Positions 37,858-47,485 of a DNA stretch of 64,000 nucleotides are shown piece by piece. The position numbers and the translations under genes are program-made. This stretch comes from Oceanispirochaeta sp. (GTDB taxonomy: Bacteria > Spirochaetota > Spirochaetia > DSM-2461), in assembly GCA_963666275.2 (NCBI GenBank), contig CAXXOA010000002.1, forward strand, positions 1,248,001 to 1,312,000, read 5' to 3'. The notes beneath the pieces were generated by a model, which was not told where the DNA came from, did no database searches, and saw nothing but the letters and a program-made list of their open reading frames with translations. Within the stretch, counting starts at the first letter, position 1. Each line of letters begins with the position of its first letter.

Positions 37858-37877
37858 ATCTATTACCGGTAAGAACT

Positions 37878-40316
37878 CTATTTGACCAGGATGAACTCAA
37901 CTCTCCGGTTTTTCCAGCGGTTGGTTTCGTCACTATGGGGAACAATCGCCTGGTACCCGCCGAAGCCTACAGCAGACATCCTGCCGGCGCTGATTCCTCT
38001 TCTCACAAGGGCTTCCAGGATTTTTTCGGCCCTTTCCTGAGACAGGGGCAGGAGAACCTCATCTTCTTCGTTCTTCCATCTCTTCTCATCATTCCAGAAG
38101 ATTCGGACCGCATGACCTTCCAGGCGGATATTATACTGGGAATATTTTTTCAGTATAACTGCAAGCCTGTCCAGGGTTGCCAGGTTCCGTTCTCTCAGAT
38201 CCTTTTCCACCGAGAGGTAGTCCGCTGTATAGGGCTTGAAGTAAATGCTGGAGATTATGATTTTCAGCCGGTCTCCCTCTTTCAGTACCAGAATATCCAC
38301 AGGAAGGGTCAACGTTTCGGTATGCCTGTTGCCGACCATATCGACTGCGGACACTTCCAGCCTGTAGTCGGAAGCTGACTGAACCAGTTCTCCCCGCTTG
38401 TCCCGTCCATTCCAGGTAAAAACTCCATTCTTCATGCTGGTCTGGTCGAATGTGACAAAAAGATTGCCTGCGGGATCAAGAATCCGGCCGCTCCAGGAAC
38501 GGATCCCGGAATCATCACTTGGTTCGACACTGATATTCAGGCGGTCATTCGCCCCGTCTCCGTCAGGAGAAAATGGGAGAGGTGATGCGGACAGCTTCAC
38601 AGCCGGCGCAGTCAGGTCCACAATAAAGGGGGCAACCGTCACAGCGGTTCCCAGATTCCCCTTTTCATACTCTACAAACAGAGAGGCATTGAATTTGCCT
38701 TCCTGCAGAGCTCCCTCTTGATTATGGCCGTCCCAGAAAAGGGTCTCTGGTACGACAGCATTCTGGCCGCTGACGGAATAAACCGTATTTTCAACGCTGT
38801 CGGTGATCAGGAATTCCCAGCCGGTGATTCCGGTAGAGACTTCAGGTTTCAGCTCAAAGGCGATCAGGTCCGCATCACCGTCCTGATTCGGGCTGAAAAC
38901 ATTGCTCGAGGGGGTGAGTCTCACAGGCGTGGGAGTTGTATCCACCCGGAACAGGGAGGACAGGAAGAATGCGGTATTGCCGGCGCTGTCTGTAGATGAA
39001 AGTCTGTACTGATAGTTGTCATCAGGAACGACCGCTCCGGTCTGGTCCCTTCCATCCCACTGTACCGGAACAGCCCGTACTTTCCATTCCCAGGTGCGCA
39101 GGATTCTGCCGCCGGACTGGATCTGGCCCTTCCATACAGGTTCAGGACTTGTTGTCTGAAAAATCTCTGTTTCATCTTTCCTACCGTCTCCGTCAGGAGA
39201 AAAAACGGTATAGAGACTTTTTATAACAGCCTGGGGAGGGGTAATATCAAGGTTCAGTCTATCGGATACGGCTTTCTGCCTGTCTCCGTTTTTGTAAAGA
39301 ACATCCACAAAAGCATAATAGTAACCCTCAGGAAGAACAGTCCCGGCAGATTTTCCATTAAAGAAATACAGGTTCGGACCATTTTCAGTCAGGGAGGATA
39401 CAACAGCTCCTTCCATGTTGATGATGCCCATTTTCAGGGTCTGAATTCTGGTTCTGTCCCCTAATGTTATCTGAATATCTACCGTATCTTTCACCCCGTC
39501 ACCGTTTGGACTGAAATCCGGCGAAGACAGCAGAGTCATACCTACCGGATAGACCGTGTTGTCTATCTGGATTTTATCAACAATCAGAGAGGTTCTGTTG
39601 CCGGCTTCATCAACCGAATCCAGGTGGTAGGAGAAGAGACCTTCCAGTACCGGTGCCCCCGTTTCATCCAGTCCGTCCCAGGAGAAATCCTGAACCGGGC
39701 CTATCCAGGTATATGACCGGACCTGGTTACCCGTTTCATCTAGAATGGTACCGGTCCACAGGGACTCGGATGAGGAGTGCAGCTGATACACATCGAGAGT
39801 GTCCTGACTGCCGTCACCGTTTGGAGAAAAAATTGTATAGGGCAGGTAAATTTCTGCATTGGGAGCGGTATTGTCCACACGGATCGTCAGAGGTCCATAA
39901 CTGCCGCTGTTTCCGTTACCATCCTTTACATCTGCAAAAAGCATATAGGGACCGTCGGGAGCCCATGAACCATCAGGGAGTCTGCCGTCCCATGAAAGGT
40001 CCTCTGGTAAAGTCACTCCCTTCTTCCTTTTAAAGAATCCCTTCTTCTCTTCTTTCTGTTCCGCCAGAAAAGCAATCTCATCCTTTTCTGAAAGGATTCT
40101 GATGCTGTACTCCTGCAGTTTCAACCCTTTTATATGAGGAACATAAAGATTTAAAGAGACCTCATCCATCACCCCGTCCTGATTCCTGGGGGAAAGATAG
40201 ATCTCTTCCATTTCAGATTCTAACGGGATGTCCCCTTTAAAAGTAGCACATCCTGCCGCCACAAAGATCACTGTCAGAATAACAGATGCTTTCAGTGTAC
40301 GCAAAAACCTCTTCAT
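37878..40316 (-). CDS. OmpA-family lipoprotein with tandem FlgD-Ig/'FSPNGDG' repeat domains
   Basis: Lipobox AAGC; six (F/L)SPx(G/Q)DG repeats, most followed by WDG; C-terminal IRLEGH...LSQERA...NRRVEF. Confidence 0.9.
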   Translation of the reverse strand: MKRFLRTLKASVILTVIFVAAGCATFKGDIPLESEMEEIYLSPRNQDGVMDEVSLNLYVPHIKGLKLQEYSIRILSEKDEIAFLAEQKEEKKGFFKRKKGVTLPEDLSWDGRLPDGSWAPDGPYMLFADVKDGNGNSGSYGPLTIRVDNTAPNAEIYLPYTIFSPNGDGSQDTLDVYQLHSSSESLWTGTILDETGNQVRSYTWIGPVQDFSWDGLDETGAPVLEGLFSYHLDSVDEAGNRTSLIVDKIQIDNTVYPVGMTLLSSPDFSPNGDGVKDTVDIQITLGDRTRIQTLKMGIINMEGAVVSSLTENGPNLYFFNGKSAGTVLPEGYYYAFVDVLYKNGDRQKAVSDRLNLDITPPQAVIKSLYTVFSPDGDGRKDETEIFQTTSPEPVWKGQIQSGGRILRTWEWKVRAVPVQWDGRDQTGAVVPDDNYQYRLSSTDSAGNTAFFLSSLFRVDTTPTPVRLTPSSNVFSPNQDGDADLIAFELKPEVSTGITGWEFLITDSVENTVYSVSGQNAVVPETLFWDGHNQEGALQEGKFNASLFVEYEKGNLGTAVTVAPFIVDLTAPAVKLSASPLPFSPDGDGANDRLNISVEPSDDSGIRSWSGRILDPAGNLFVTFDQTSMKNGVFTWNGRDKRGELVQSASDYRLEVSAVDMVGNRHTETLTLPVDILVLKEGDRLKIIISSIYFKPYTADYLSVEKDLRERNLATLDRLAVILKKYSQYNIRLEGHAVRIFWNDEKRWKNEEDEVLLPLSQERAEKILEALVRRGISAGRMSAVGFGGYQAIVPHSDETNRWKNRRVEFILVK

Positions 40317-40481
40317 TGTATCTCTCCATTATCCATTTACGCAGGAATACTCCATTGCCTCATAAATGGATTTCAAATGTAACTGTGCGAAATCCTTGGT
40401 AAAGAGGAATCTCATCTTTTATCAAGGAAAGCAAAATGACTTTAAAAGAGAATGATTTATAGAATTTCAGAAATAGTTCCA

Positions 40482-40685
40482 TCATGTCTCTCTTTTCTCG
40501 AATCTTAGAATCTCAAGCCCCATATCGCGGAGTATATTGATAATTCCGTATACAGCACTCTGGTCTTTTAAAGAGCCTGACAGTCTGGTTGTTCCGTTTT
40601 GCTGCTGTTCCAGTTTCAACCCCTGGAACGCCGACTCCCTGTATCCTGCCATTTCACCTTTCACAATGATTTCATAGAATCCCAT
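40482..40685 (-). CDS. Small conserved hypothetical protein (YEIxVxG...LSG.L.DQSA..G....RD.GL type) divergent from a MalT-like regulator
   Basis: 67 aa with a GGAG SD; pattern recalled from small proteins next to MalT-like LuxR genes. Confidence 0.7.
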   Translation of the reverse strand: MGFYEIIVKGEMAGYRESAFQGLKLEQQQNGTTRLSGSLKDQSAVYGIINILRDMGLEILRFEKRET

Positions 40686-40825
40686 ATTGTCCCGCTCCGT
40701 TTTACTGAAAATATAGGCTTTCCGGCTGTTTTATACCCCTTACTAAAGTCAGGTTTCTGGTAAGGTTTTTGTTGTGGTAATGGTGATGATGATGTAAAAT
40801 TTCTTACTGTTTGGAGAGTCCTTCT

Positions 40826-43447
40826 ATGGCATTACTGAATTCCTTCATGGAAGCAAAAATCTCACTTCCCGAGCCGCCGGGGAACTGTCTGGATCGTAAA
40901 AGAATCCATTCCATTCTGGACGAAAGCTTCCGCCGCTGCCCTCACCTCACAATCCTTCCGGCTCCGCCGGGATATGGAAAAACCAGTGCAATTTCAAGCT
41001 GGATTTCTGAAAAAAATATTTTTGCGTCCTGGCTGTCCCTGGATAAAGGGGATAATCAACCCCTTAGATTCCTTGCCTATCTAAGCTATTCCATCGAAGC
41101 AAAGGCTTCTGATTTCGGAAGTTCCCTGAAACAGTATCTCTCCCTGCCGGTGCTCCCCCCTTCAGAGTTTATCGCTGCAGCCTTCATACAGGAAATCGAA
41201 ATTTTAAACCGACCGATTTCTGTTGTCCTGGACGATTACCACGTTATTGACAATGAGTATATCCACTCATTGTTTCAGTATGTTTTCCGGTTTTTTCCCC
41301 GGAATCTGCATTTGGTCATTGCCTCAAGGCATGACCCGCCCTTTCAGCTGGGAAAGTTGAGGCTGGAGTCCCGCGTAACGGAACTGCGCATGGATGAATT
41401 GAGGTTTGATACAGAAGAAATACACCATTTTCTGAGGAGCAGACTGGAGCACCGTTTCAGTCAGAATAATCTGAGACTAATCGAAGAGAAAACAGAAGGA
41501 TGGATTGCGGTTCTTCAGCTCTTTGTTTTATCAGCGGAAAAACTGGATTCCGGAAAAACAGATCTGTTTATAGGGGATTTCAGCGGTACCAGTAGATTCG
41601 TCATCGATTATCTTCTGGAAGAATTTCTTTCCCAAATGGATCAGGATACTATCCATTTCCTCTCAACCGTTTCTCTGCTGGAGAGATTCTGCATAAGCCT
41701 CTACGAATATATAACAGAAAACCGGAAGGGCCGGAAGATCCTGGAGAATCTGGACGTAAATGGTCTCTTTTTAATCGATATGGATGGAACCGGGCAATGG
41801 TTCAAGCTGCACAATCTGGTTTCAGGTTTTTTTACTGCCAGATACCCTCTGGAAAACAGGGAGGCATTACTGAAAAAAGCTTCTGAGTGGTTTGAAAAAC
41901 AGGGACTCATCCCGGAAGCCATAAAATATTCTCTGATGAATCCGGAAGAAAGTGAAAATGCCCGGCTTATTAAACTGGAAGCCGATAAAGCATTCCGGAG
42001 CGGCCAGTTCGGTCTGCTGAATGATCTGTTTGTGAAATATGGACATAGGGGAGAAAACAACTCCTATCTATTAATATTGAAAAGCTGGAGCTGTTTACTG
42101 CAGGGAGACTTTGAAGGTTTTGAAAACACAATTGAGATACTGGACCGAAAAGTTTTAGATGGATCTAACGGGTACGACAGAAAGAATCTGCAGCTCCTTA
42201 AAGCTCTGAAATACAGCCTTGAAGGTAAATCCTCAATCCTGAAACAGTTTGATGAGCCCTCCTCCTTAACCTGGCAGCAGGAAGAAACTATAACCCTGAT
42301 AACCCTGCTTGTATCGGGAATCATCAAATACAGTACGAACCATCTTACCGATGCTTTATATACGCTGGAAAAAGCGTTCTCTCCGGCAAAGGATACGGGG
42401 AATCTTTTTCTGCTCTATTGTATCGTCAGCAGCATGGCTTACATTCTGCTGGATAGGGGAGAGATCCGTAAGGCAGAGACTCTCTGCAGAGAGGCTGAGA
42501 ATGATTTTTCCGACAAAAAAGGAATTGAACTGCCCCTTGCCGGCCTGCTATATATTCCTCTCTCTTATTGCCGCTATCATGCCGGGGACTTCGAAACAGC
42601 CCTTGAGCTGGCAGAAAAAGGGTATCAGTATTGTTCTCAATTAAAAATCCACCATTTGATCAGGGATGACGGAACTCTGATCCTATCCAGAATATGGCAG
42701 GAGAGGGGAAGGCCGGATAGTGCGGCGGAAATTCTTTCCAGAACAGTGACCAGGGGAACATGGGAGTATCTGACACGTTTCAGCGGAAACGTGTCAGCCA
42801 TGAAAGCCCTTATCCATTTGAAAAAGAATGAACTTGAACCGGCACAAACCTGGATGATGAGCATGGGAAAGAGTCAGGATCTGTCGGGGATTTCCCACTT
42901 TGAAATGGAAGTTCATGTGTACGGACTGATTCTTTCTGGTTCTTTCAGTGCAGCCCGAAAGATCCTTGATATCCATATTGAACAATCCATGGAAAAGGAA
43001 CTTAACGGCCGGTTACCGGGGCTATATGTTTTATTGTGTGCACTGTTCTTGAGACAAAAGGATGAGGATCGTGCTTTCTCTGCGCTGAGAAAAGCTCTCG
43101 ATCTTTCAGATGAATCGGGATTTATCAGTCCTTTTCTTGAATACTTCAGTGATATCCATACTCTGCTCCCCGGATTGGCCAGAACAAGTCAGAAACCTGT
43201 GGATCGAATACGGAATGCCTATTACGAAAAAACGTTGGTCAAAGAGAAAAAACTATCCGGTTTTAATGAACTGAGCCGCAGAGAAAAGGAGATCCTGAAG
43301 CTGATTGACAAAGGCTTTTCCAATGGGGAAATTGCGGAAAACCTGTTTATCAGTACAGGGACAGTGAAATGGCATGTAAGCAATATTTTTGTCAAACTTG
43401 ATGTTAAAAACAGAACCGAGGCTGCAGCTGCAGCGAGGGGGTTCTGA
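40826..43447 (+). CDS. MalT-like ATP-dependent LuxR-family (STAND) regulator
   Basis: APPGYGKT, WLSLDKGDN, VLDDYH, TEGW, DYLLEE, TPR-like middle, LSRREKEIL...SNGEIA..LFISTGTVKWHVSNIFVKL. Confidence 0.94.
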   Translation: MALLNSFMEAKISLPEPPGNCLDRKRIHSILDESFRRCPHLTILPAPPGYGKTSAISSWISEKNIFASWLSLDKGDNQPLRFLAYLSYSIEAKASDFGSSLKQYLSLPVLPPSEFIAAAFIQEIEILNRPISVVLDDYHVIDNEYIHSLFQYVFRFFPRNLHLVIASRHDPPFQLGKLRLESRVTELRMDELRFDTEEIHHFLRSRLEHRFSQNNLRLIEEKTEGWIAVLQLFVLSAEKLDSGKTDLFIGDFSGTSRFVIDYLLEEFLSQMDQDTIHFLSTVSLLERFCISLYEYITENRKGRKILENLDVNGLFLIDMDGTGQWFKLHNLVSGFFTARYPLENREALLKKASEWFEKQGLIPEAIKYSLMNPEESENARLIKLEADKAFRSGQFGLLNDLFVKYGHRGENNSYLLILKSWSCLLQGDFEGFENTIEILDRKVLDGSNGYDRKNLQLLKALKYSLEGKSSILKQFDEPSSLTWQQEETITLITLLVSGIIKYSTNHLTDALYTLEKAFSPAKDTGNLFLLYCIVSSMAYILLDRGEIRKAETLCREAENDFSDKKGIELPLAGLLYIPLSYCRYHAGDFETALELAEKGYQYCSQLKIHHLIRDDGTLILSRIWQERGRPDSAAEILSRTVTRGTWEYLTRFSGNVSAMKALIHLKKNELEPAQTWMMSMGKSQDLSGISHFEMEVHVYGLILSGSFSAARKILDIHIEQSMEKELNGRLPGLYVLLCALFLRQKDEDRAFSALRKALDLSDESGFISPFLEYFSDIHTLLPGLARTSQKPVDRIRNAYYEKTLVKEKKLSGFNELSRREKEILKLIDKGFSNGEIAENLFISTGTVKWHVSNIFVKLDVKNRTEAAAAARGF

Positions 43448-43473
43448 ATTCATAGAGGAAGTGAGATGAGGAT

Positions 43474-44751
43474 ATGAACTGGGAAAAGAGACGATTGAAT
43501 ATCGGTTTTGTATCGACCCGATTTGCCGGAACAGACGGTGTTTCTCTGGAAACGGAAAAATGGGAGAAAATCTTCGAAAGTTTCGGCCATGTTAACCATT
43601 GGTTTGCCGGTGAGCTGGACAGAGATCCTGATAGGAGTCTTCTGGTGGAGGAGGCCTTTTTCAATAACAGGGAGAATCTTTCTCTGAATAAACTCATTTT
43701 CGGGTCTGTTCTAAGATCACGATCTGTTACCGATTTAATTCATGAAAAGAAAGAATATCTGAAGGACAAACTCTATGAATTTATCAATAGATTCGGAATC
43801 GATATTCTCATTGCCGAAAACTGTCTGGCCATCCCCATGCATATTCCTCTGGGACTGGCTCTGACTGAGGTTATTGTAGAAACCCAACTGCCTGTGATCG
43901 CCCATCATCACGACTTTTACTGGGAACGCAGCCGGTTTCTGATTAATGCCGCGGGAGATATTCTCTCTTCATCATTTCCTCCTGAACTGCCTTCCATAAA
44001 GCATGTGGTAATCAATTCGATGATTCAGAAGGATCTTGCCGCAAAAAGGGGAATCTCCTCCACAGTGATTTATAATGTGATCGACTTTGATAAGAGTCTC
44101 AATGGCATCGATGATTTCAACAGGGATTTCCGCTCTGCCCTGGGTTTTGATGAGGAGGATATTCTCATTTTACAACCTACCAGGATTGTCTCGAGAAAAG
44201 GGATCGAACATGCTTTGAACCTGGTAAAGAGGCTGGATATGCCGAGAGTGAAACTTATCATCTCCCATTCGGCCGGTGATGAAGGGGATGAGTATTTCAA
44301 CTGGGTCAGGGAAACCGCTGAGCAAATGTCCATACCTGTATTCTTCATCTACAATCACCTCTTCGACAGGAGAAAATACGATGAAGAAGGGAAGAAACTG
44401 TATTGTCTCTGGGATGTCTATCCCCATGTGGATCTGGTGACGTATCCCAGCCTTTATGAGGGTTTCGGGAATGCCTTCCTCGAAGCCGTCTATTTTAAAA
44501 AACCTCTGCTTGTGAATCGTTATTCCGTCTATATCACTGATATAGAACCGAAAGGTTTTGATGTTGTTGCCATAGACGGATATCTGACGCAGAACACGGT
44601 AGATGATATTCGGGATGTTCTGGTGAATAAAGACAGACGGGATCGCATGGTGGAAAAGAATTTCACTTTAGGGAAAAAATATTTTTCCATGAACCTGCTC
44701 AGAAGAAGATTGAGTACCATTCTTGACAGCATTTATGGAGAAGAAAGCTGA
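43474..44751 (+). CDS. GT4-family glycosyltransferase (mannosylglucosylglycerate-synthase-like)
   Basis: STRFAGTDGVSLE, HHHDFYWER, QPTRIVSRKGIE, YPSLYEGFGNAFLEA. Confidence 0.85.
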   Translation: MNWEKRRLNIGFVSTRFAGTDGVSLETEKWEKIFESFGHVNHWFAGELDRDPDRSLLVEEAFFNNRENLSLNKLIFGSVLRSRSVTDLIHEKKEYLKDKLYEFINRFGIDILIAENCLAIPMHIPLGLALTEVIVETQLPVIAHHHDFYWERSRFLINAAGDILSSSFPPELPSIKHVVINSMIQKDLAAKRGISSTVIYNVIDFDKSLNGIDDFNRDFRSALGFDEEDILILQPTRIVSRKGIEHALNLVKRLDMPRVKLIISHSAGDEGDEYFNWVRETAEQMSIPVFFIYNHLFDRRKYDEEGKKLYCLWDVYPHVDLVTYPSLYEGFGNAFLEAVYFKKPLLVNRYSVYITDIEPKGFDVVAIDGYLTQNTVDDIRDVLVNKDRRDRMVEKNFTLGKKYFSMNLLRRRLSTILDSIYGEES

Positions 44752-44803
44752 AAGATTATTTTAAGAGTCTTTTAAACTGCACTTCTCACTGATTTTTGAA
44801 ATA

Positions 44804-44827
44804 TGGGGATCCAGAAGCAGATCCCCA
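44804..44827. terminator. Hairpin between convergent genes
   Basis: TGGGGATC-N8-GATCCCCA. Confidence 0.45.
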
Positions 44828-44835
44828 AAGGAGTT

Positions 44836-45762
44836 TTATCCCAACACATCCAGGATGTTCCGGACGGCGGATTCTGTGGCCCGGTCGACGCTCTCGGAGG
44901 TAAAACCGCCAATATGGGATGTCAGGATAACCTTGGGATGCATAAGCAGGGGAGTCAGGGCAGGCGGTTCTGATTCAAACGCATCCACCGCGTATCCCGA
45001 AACACTGCCGCTGTCCAGAGCGCTCAGAAGGGCTTTCTGGTCAACAAGCTGAGCCCTTGCGGTGTTCACGAGATAGCATCCCTTTTTCATTCTTTTTATA
45101 ACCTCCTCATCAATAAGAGGTTTCTCTCCTGCCGGACAGTGGAGGGTTATGATATCGCTTTTTGAAAGAACCTCTTCCAGAGCGGCATAACGGAAAGAAG
45201 GAATCCTTTCGGGCAGAGTTTCATCAGGATAGAGGTCGTACCCCAGAATATTCATATCCATTCCGGCTGCCATCTTTGCCACATACCGGCCTATCTGTCC
45301 GGTACCGATAATGCCCAGTGTTTTACCTTCCGCTTCAATACCCTTGGCCCTTTCCCAGCCGCCGTTTTTAATAGAAAGGCTGGTCTGGGGAACAGACCGG
45401 ATCAGAGTCAGCATCAGCGTAATTGCCAGTTCCGCCACGCCCCGGGAGTTCGCCCCTCTGGCGACCTGCAGGGCTATTCCCATCTCTTCAGCGGCTTTTC
45501 TGTCCACATTGTCTATCCCCACACCGTTCCGGCTGATTACTTTCAGGTTCGGGCACTGTCTCAAAACCCGGGAGCTTACTTTCTCGACTCCCGCCAAGTA
45601 CCCGATACAGCCGGGGAGGACTCTGGCTAGATCCTCTTCTCCCGGCTGCTTTCCGGGAAAAGGGGTCAATACTTCGTATCCCGCTTTTTCCAGTTCCTTC
45701 AGATAGGGATGGCCGTTCTTACTCAGAGACCGGGGGGTTACCAGGATCTTTCCTTTGCTCAT
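44836..45762 (-). CDS. D-isomer-specific 2-hydroxyacid dehydrogenase (phosphoglycerate dehydrogenase-like, no ACT domain)
   Basis: ISRNGVGIDNVD, GIIGTGQIG, LHCP, VNTAR, DAFESEP, TSHIGG. Confidence 0.92.
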   Translation of the reverse strand: MSKGKILVTPRSLSKNGHPYLKELEKAGYEVLTPFPGKQPGEEDLARVLPGCIGYLAGVEKVSSRVLRQCPNLKVISRNGVGIDNVDRKAAEEMGIALQVARGANSRGVAELAITLMLTLIRSVPQTSLSIKNGGWERAKGIEAEGKTLGIIGTGQIGRYVAKMAAGMDMNILGYDLYPDETLPERIPSFRYAALEEVLSKSDIITLHCPAGEKPLIDEEVIKRMKKGCYLVNTARAQLVDQKALLSALDSGSVSGYAVDAFESEPPALTPLLMHPKVILTSHIGGFTSESVDRATESAVRNILDVLG

Positions 45763-45772
45763 AAAAGTCCTC

Positions 45773-46357
45773 TCAGTTTCCCCATTTCGGGTTATCTACA
45801 ACCGCCCAGCTGCCGTTTTTCTCAATCACCAGCTTCCGGAATCCTTTTTCTTTGATGGAGCCGTAGTCGTGGCCTGCATCGGCCCGGAAGACATAGAATG
45901 TGATCAGAGTCTCTGTATCGGAAAGGTTGATGCTTCTGTGAGCGTATCGGCCGGGTACATAGACTGCCTGGCCGGGACGCATCTCCTTGTAGATCACGTC
46001 CCCTTCGGGGCTTTCCATCATCATCATGCCGTATCCGGCCTGGCAGTAGTAAATTTCTGCGGTATCAAGAATCGTATGGAAGTGGCCGTTGGTCATGTGG
46101 TATTCGTCTCCCACTTTCCCGGGGTAGACAATACTGGTTCCGAAGCAGAGATCGCCCTCTTTTTCAGGAACTCCAAAATCATAAAAACGGTAGATCAGTT
46201 TATTCCCATTCTCTTCCAGCTTCTGCCTGGCTTCTTCATCAAAGTACATATTTTTCATATCCGAGCAGCGTCTTTCCAGAGGATAGATACTGTCGGCCAG
46301 TCCCGTGACGGGATCAAAGTGGGTCGGGGTAACGACATAATCGGGAAAATTCATCAT
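45773..46357 (-). CDS. Cupin-type (archaeal-like) glucose-6-phosphate isomerase family protein
   Basis: YPGKVGDEYHMTNGHFH, AEIYY, YVPGRYAHRSIN, ADAGHDYG. Confidence 0.9.
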   Translation of the reverse strand: MMNFPDYVVTPTHFDPVTGLADSIYPLERRCSDMKNMYFDEEARQKLEENGNKLIYRFYDFGVPEKEGDLCFGTSIVYPGKVGDEYHMTNGHFHTILDTAEIYYCQAGYGMMMMESPEGDVIYKEMRPGQAVYVPGRYAHRSINLSDTETLITFYVFRADAGHDYGSIKEKGFRKLVIEKNGSWAVVDNPKWGN

Positions 46358-47308
46358 TCAGCTCCTTGTTGAGGCGGCGATATCCGAAAGCTTTTCGAAC
46401 TCCGGTCCGCTGGTGGGGATATCAATGTGGAAGACTTCGGCAATGACTCTGGTCCATCCGTGTATGAAATAGAACCATCCGTCTTCAATGCGGAGATTCT
46501 TCTTTGTCTTCTGGGCTTTGGCCTGGTCAAGAAAAATCAGATCTCCCCTGTAGTTGAAGTCCCAGACAACCGCTTTTTCGGGAAAATCAACCTTATCAGT
46601 GAGTGGAGAACCGGGACGGTCCTTACCGAGGCCGGTGGCATTGGCTATGAGGGATCCCGGTTTCAGTTGGGCAACAACTTTATCGTTATCCGAAGGGGAG
46701 GGACAGAGATAGTAGTCAAAGCTGATATCCGTACCCAATTTTCTGTGAATCTCCTTCATTTCATTTAAACGTGGTTCAGACCGGTTGCTTATGATGATCC
46801 TGGCCGGGACGGTACCGCCGTTTTTTTTCTTGTTAATCAGGTAGAGAGTCAGAGCCAGTGAGGATCCTCCGGCACCCAGTATGTGCAGGTCCGCCCCGGA
46901 CTCCTTCCAGTAGGCATCGTCTGCAATGGCGTCCAGGGAAAGCCCGCTTGTAATGGGATCCTTGGCATGGGCCCAGAGTTCTTTTCCCCTTTTGGATAGG
47001 GAACTGGCTTCATCCAGCAATTGGGCGTATTCGCCCCTGCCCTCAAAAAGGTCTCCACAGGCTTTGAGCAGATCCAGCTTGTGGGTCGTTACAAGGGCAC
47101 CCAGGGACAGTTCATCTTTTTTAATGAATTCCACAGCTTCCCTATATTGCTCCGGAGCAGAGTGGGGTTCGAAATCGAAGCCTTTGATAACCGCGTTGAG
47201 TCCAAGGTGCTCCGCCCACTTGGGGAATACTTTCATAATGGAAGATTTACCGGTAGTGACGCCTATGAAGTACATGGTCCTTTCTTTTGCCGGTGTGTAA
47301 TCGTTCAT
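46358..47308 (-). CDS. Shikimate dehydrogenase-like oxidoreductase (non-AroE subfamily)
   Basis: LVTTHK, AKDP, GAGGS, NATGLG, WDFNY, DGW; lacks the AroE HSxSP and NTD motifs. Confidence 0.75.
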   Translation of the reverse strand: MNDYTPAKERTMYFIGVTTGKSSIMKVFPKWAEHLGLNAVIKGFDFEPHSAPEQYREAVEFIKKDELSLGALVTTHKLDLLKACGDLFEGRGEYAQLLDEASSLSKRGKELWAHAKDPITSGLSLDAIADDAYWKESGADLHILGAGGSSLALTLYLINKKKNGGTVPARIIISNRSEPRLNEMKEIHRKLGTDISFDYYLCPSPSDNDKVVAQLKPGSLIANATGLGKDRPGSPLTDKVDFPEKAVVWDFNYRGDLIFLDQAKAQKTKKNLRIEDGWFYFIHGWTRVIAEVFHIDIPTSGPEFEKLSDIAASTRS

Positions 47309-47333
47309 GTAACACTCCTGTTCTTTCTGTTGT

Positions 47334-47467
47334 CATTTGATATCGATATTTGTTAGATACTGGAATGTTACACCCCTTGTTTTAGCATGTCAACAATAAA
47401 TGATAACAAATGCTTGACAAATGATAATGTTGAGCCTATCCTGCTAATAGGAAATAATAGCAAATAA
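47334..47467. promoter_or_regulatory. Back-to-back promoters with phased CAAATG repeats
   Basis: Plus TTGACA (47414)-N17-TATCCT; minus TTGACA (47393-47388)-N17-TAACAT. (C/T)AAATG at 47397, 47407 and 47418; an inverted copy at 47334-47339. Confidence 0.7.
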
Positions 47468-47485
47468 TAATAAGTGGAGAATGAA

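Noticed and set aside
46352..46366. SDH-like TGA directly followed by an in-frame ATG of the cupin isomerase (read-through or selenocysteine?)
   Set aside because: An AGGAG SD overlaps the stop and both proteins are full length. This is ordinary translational coupling.
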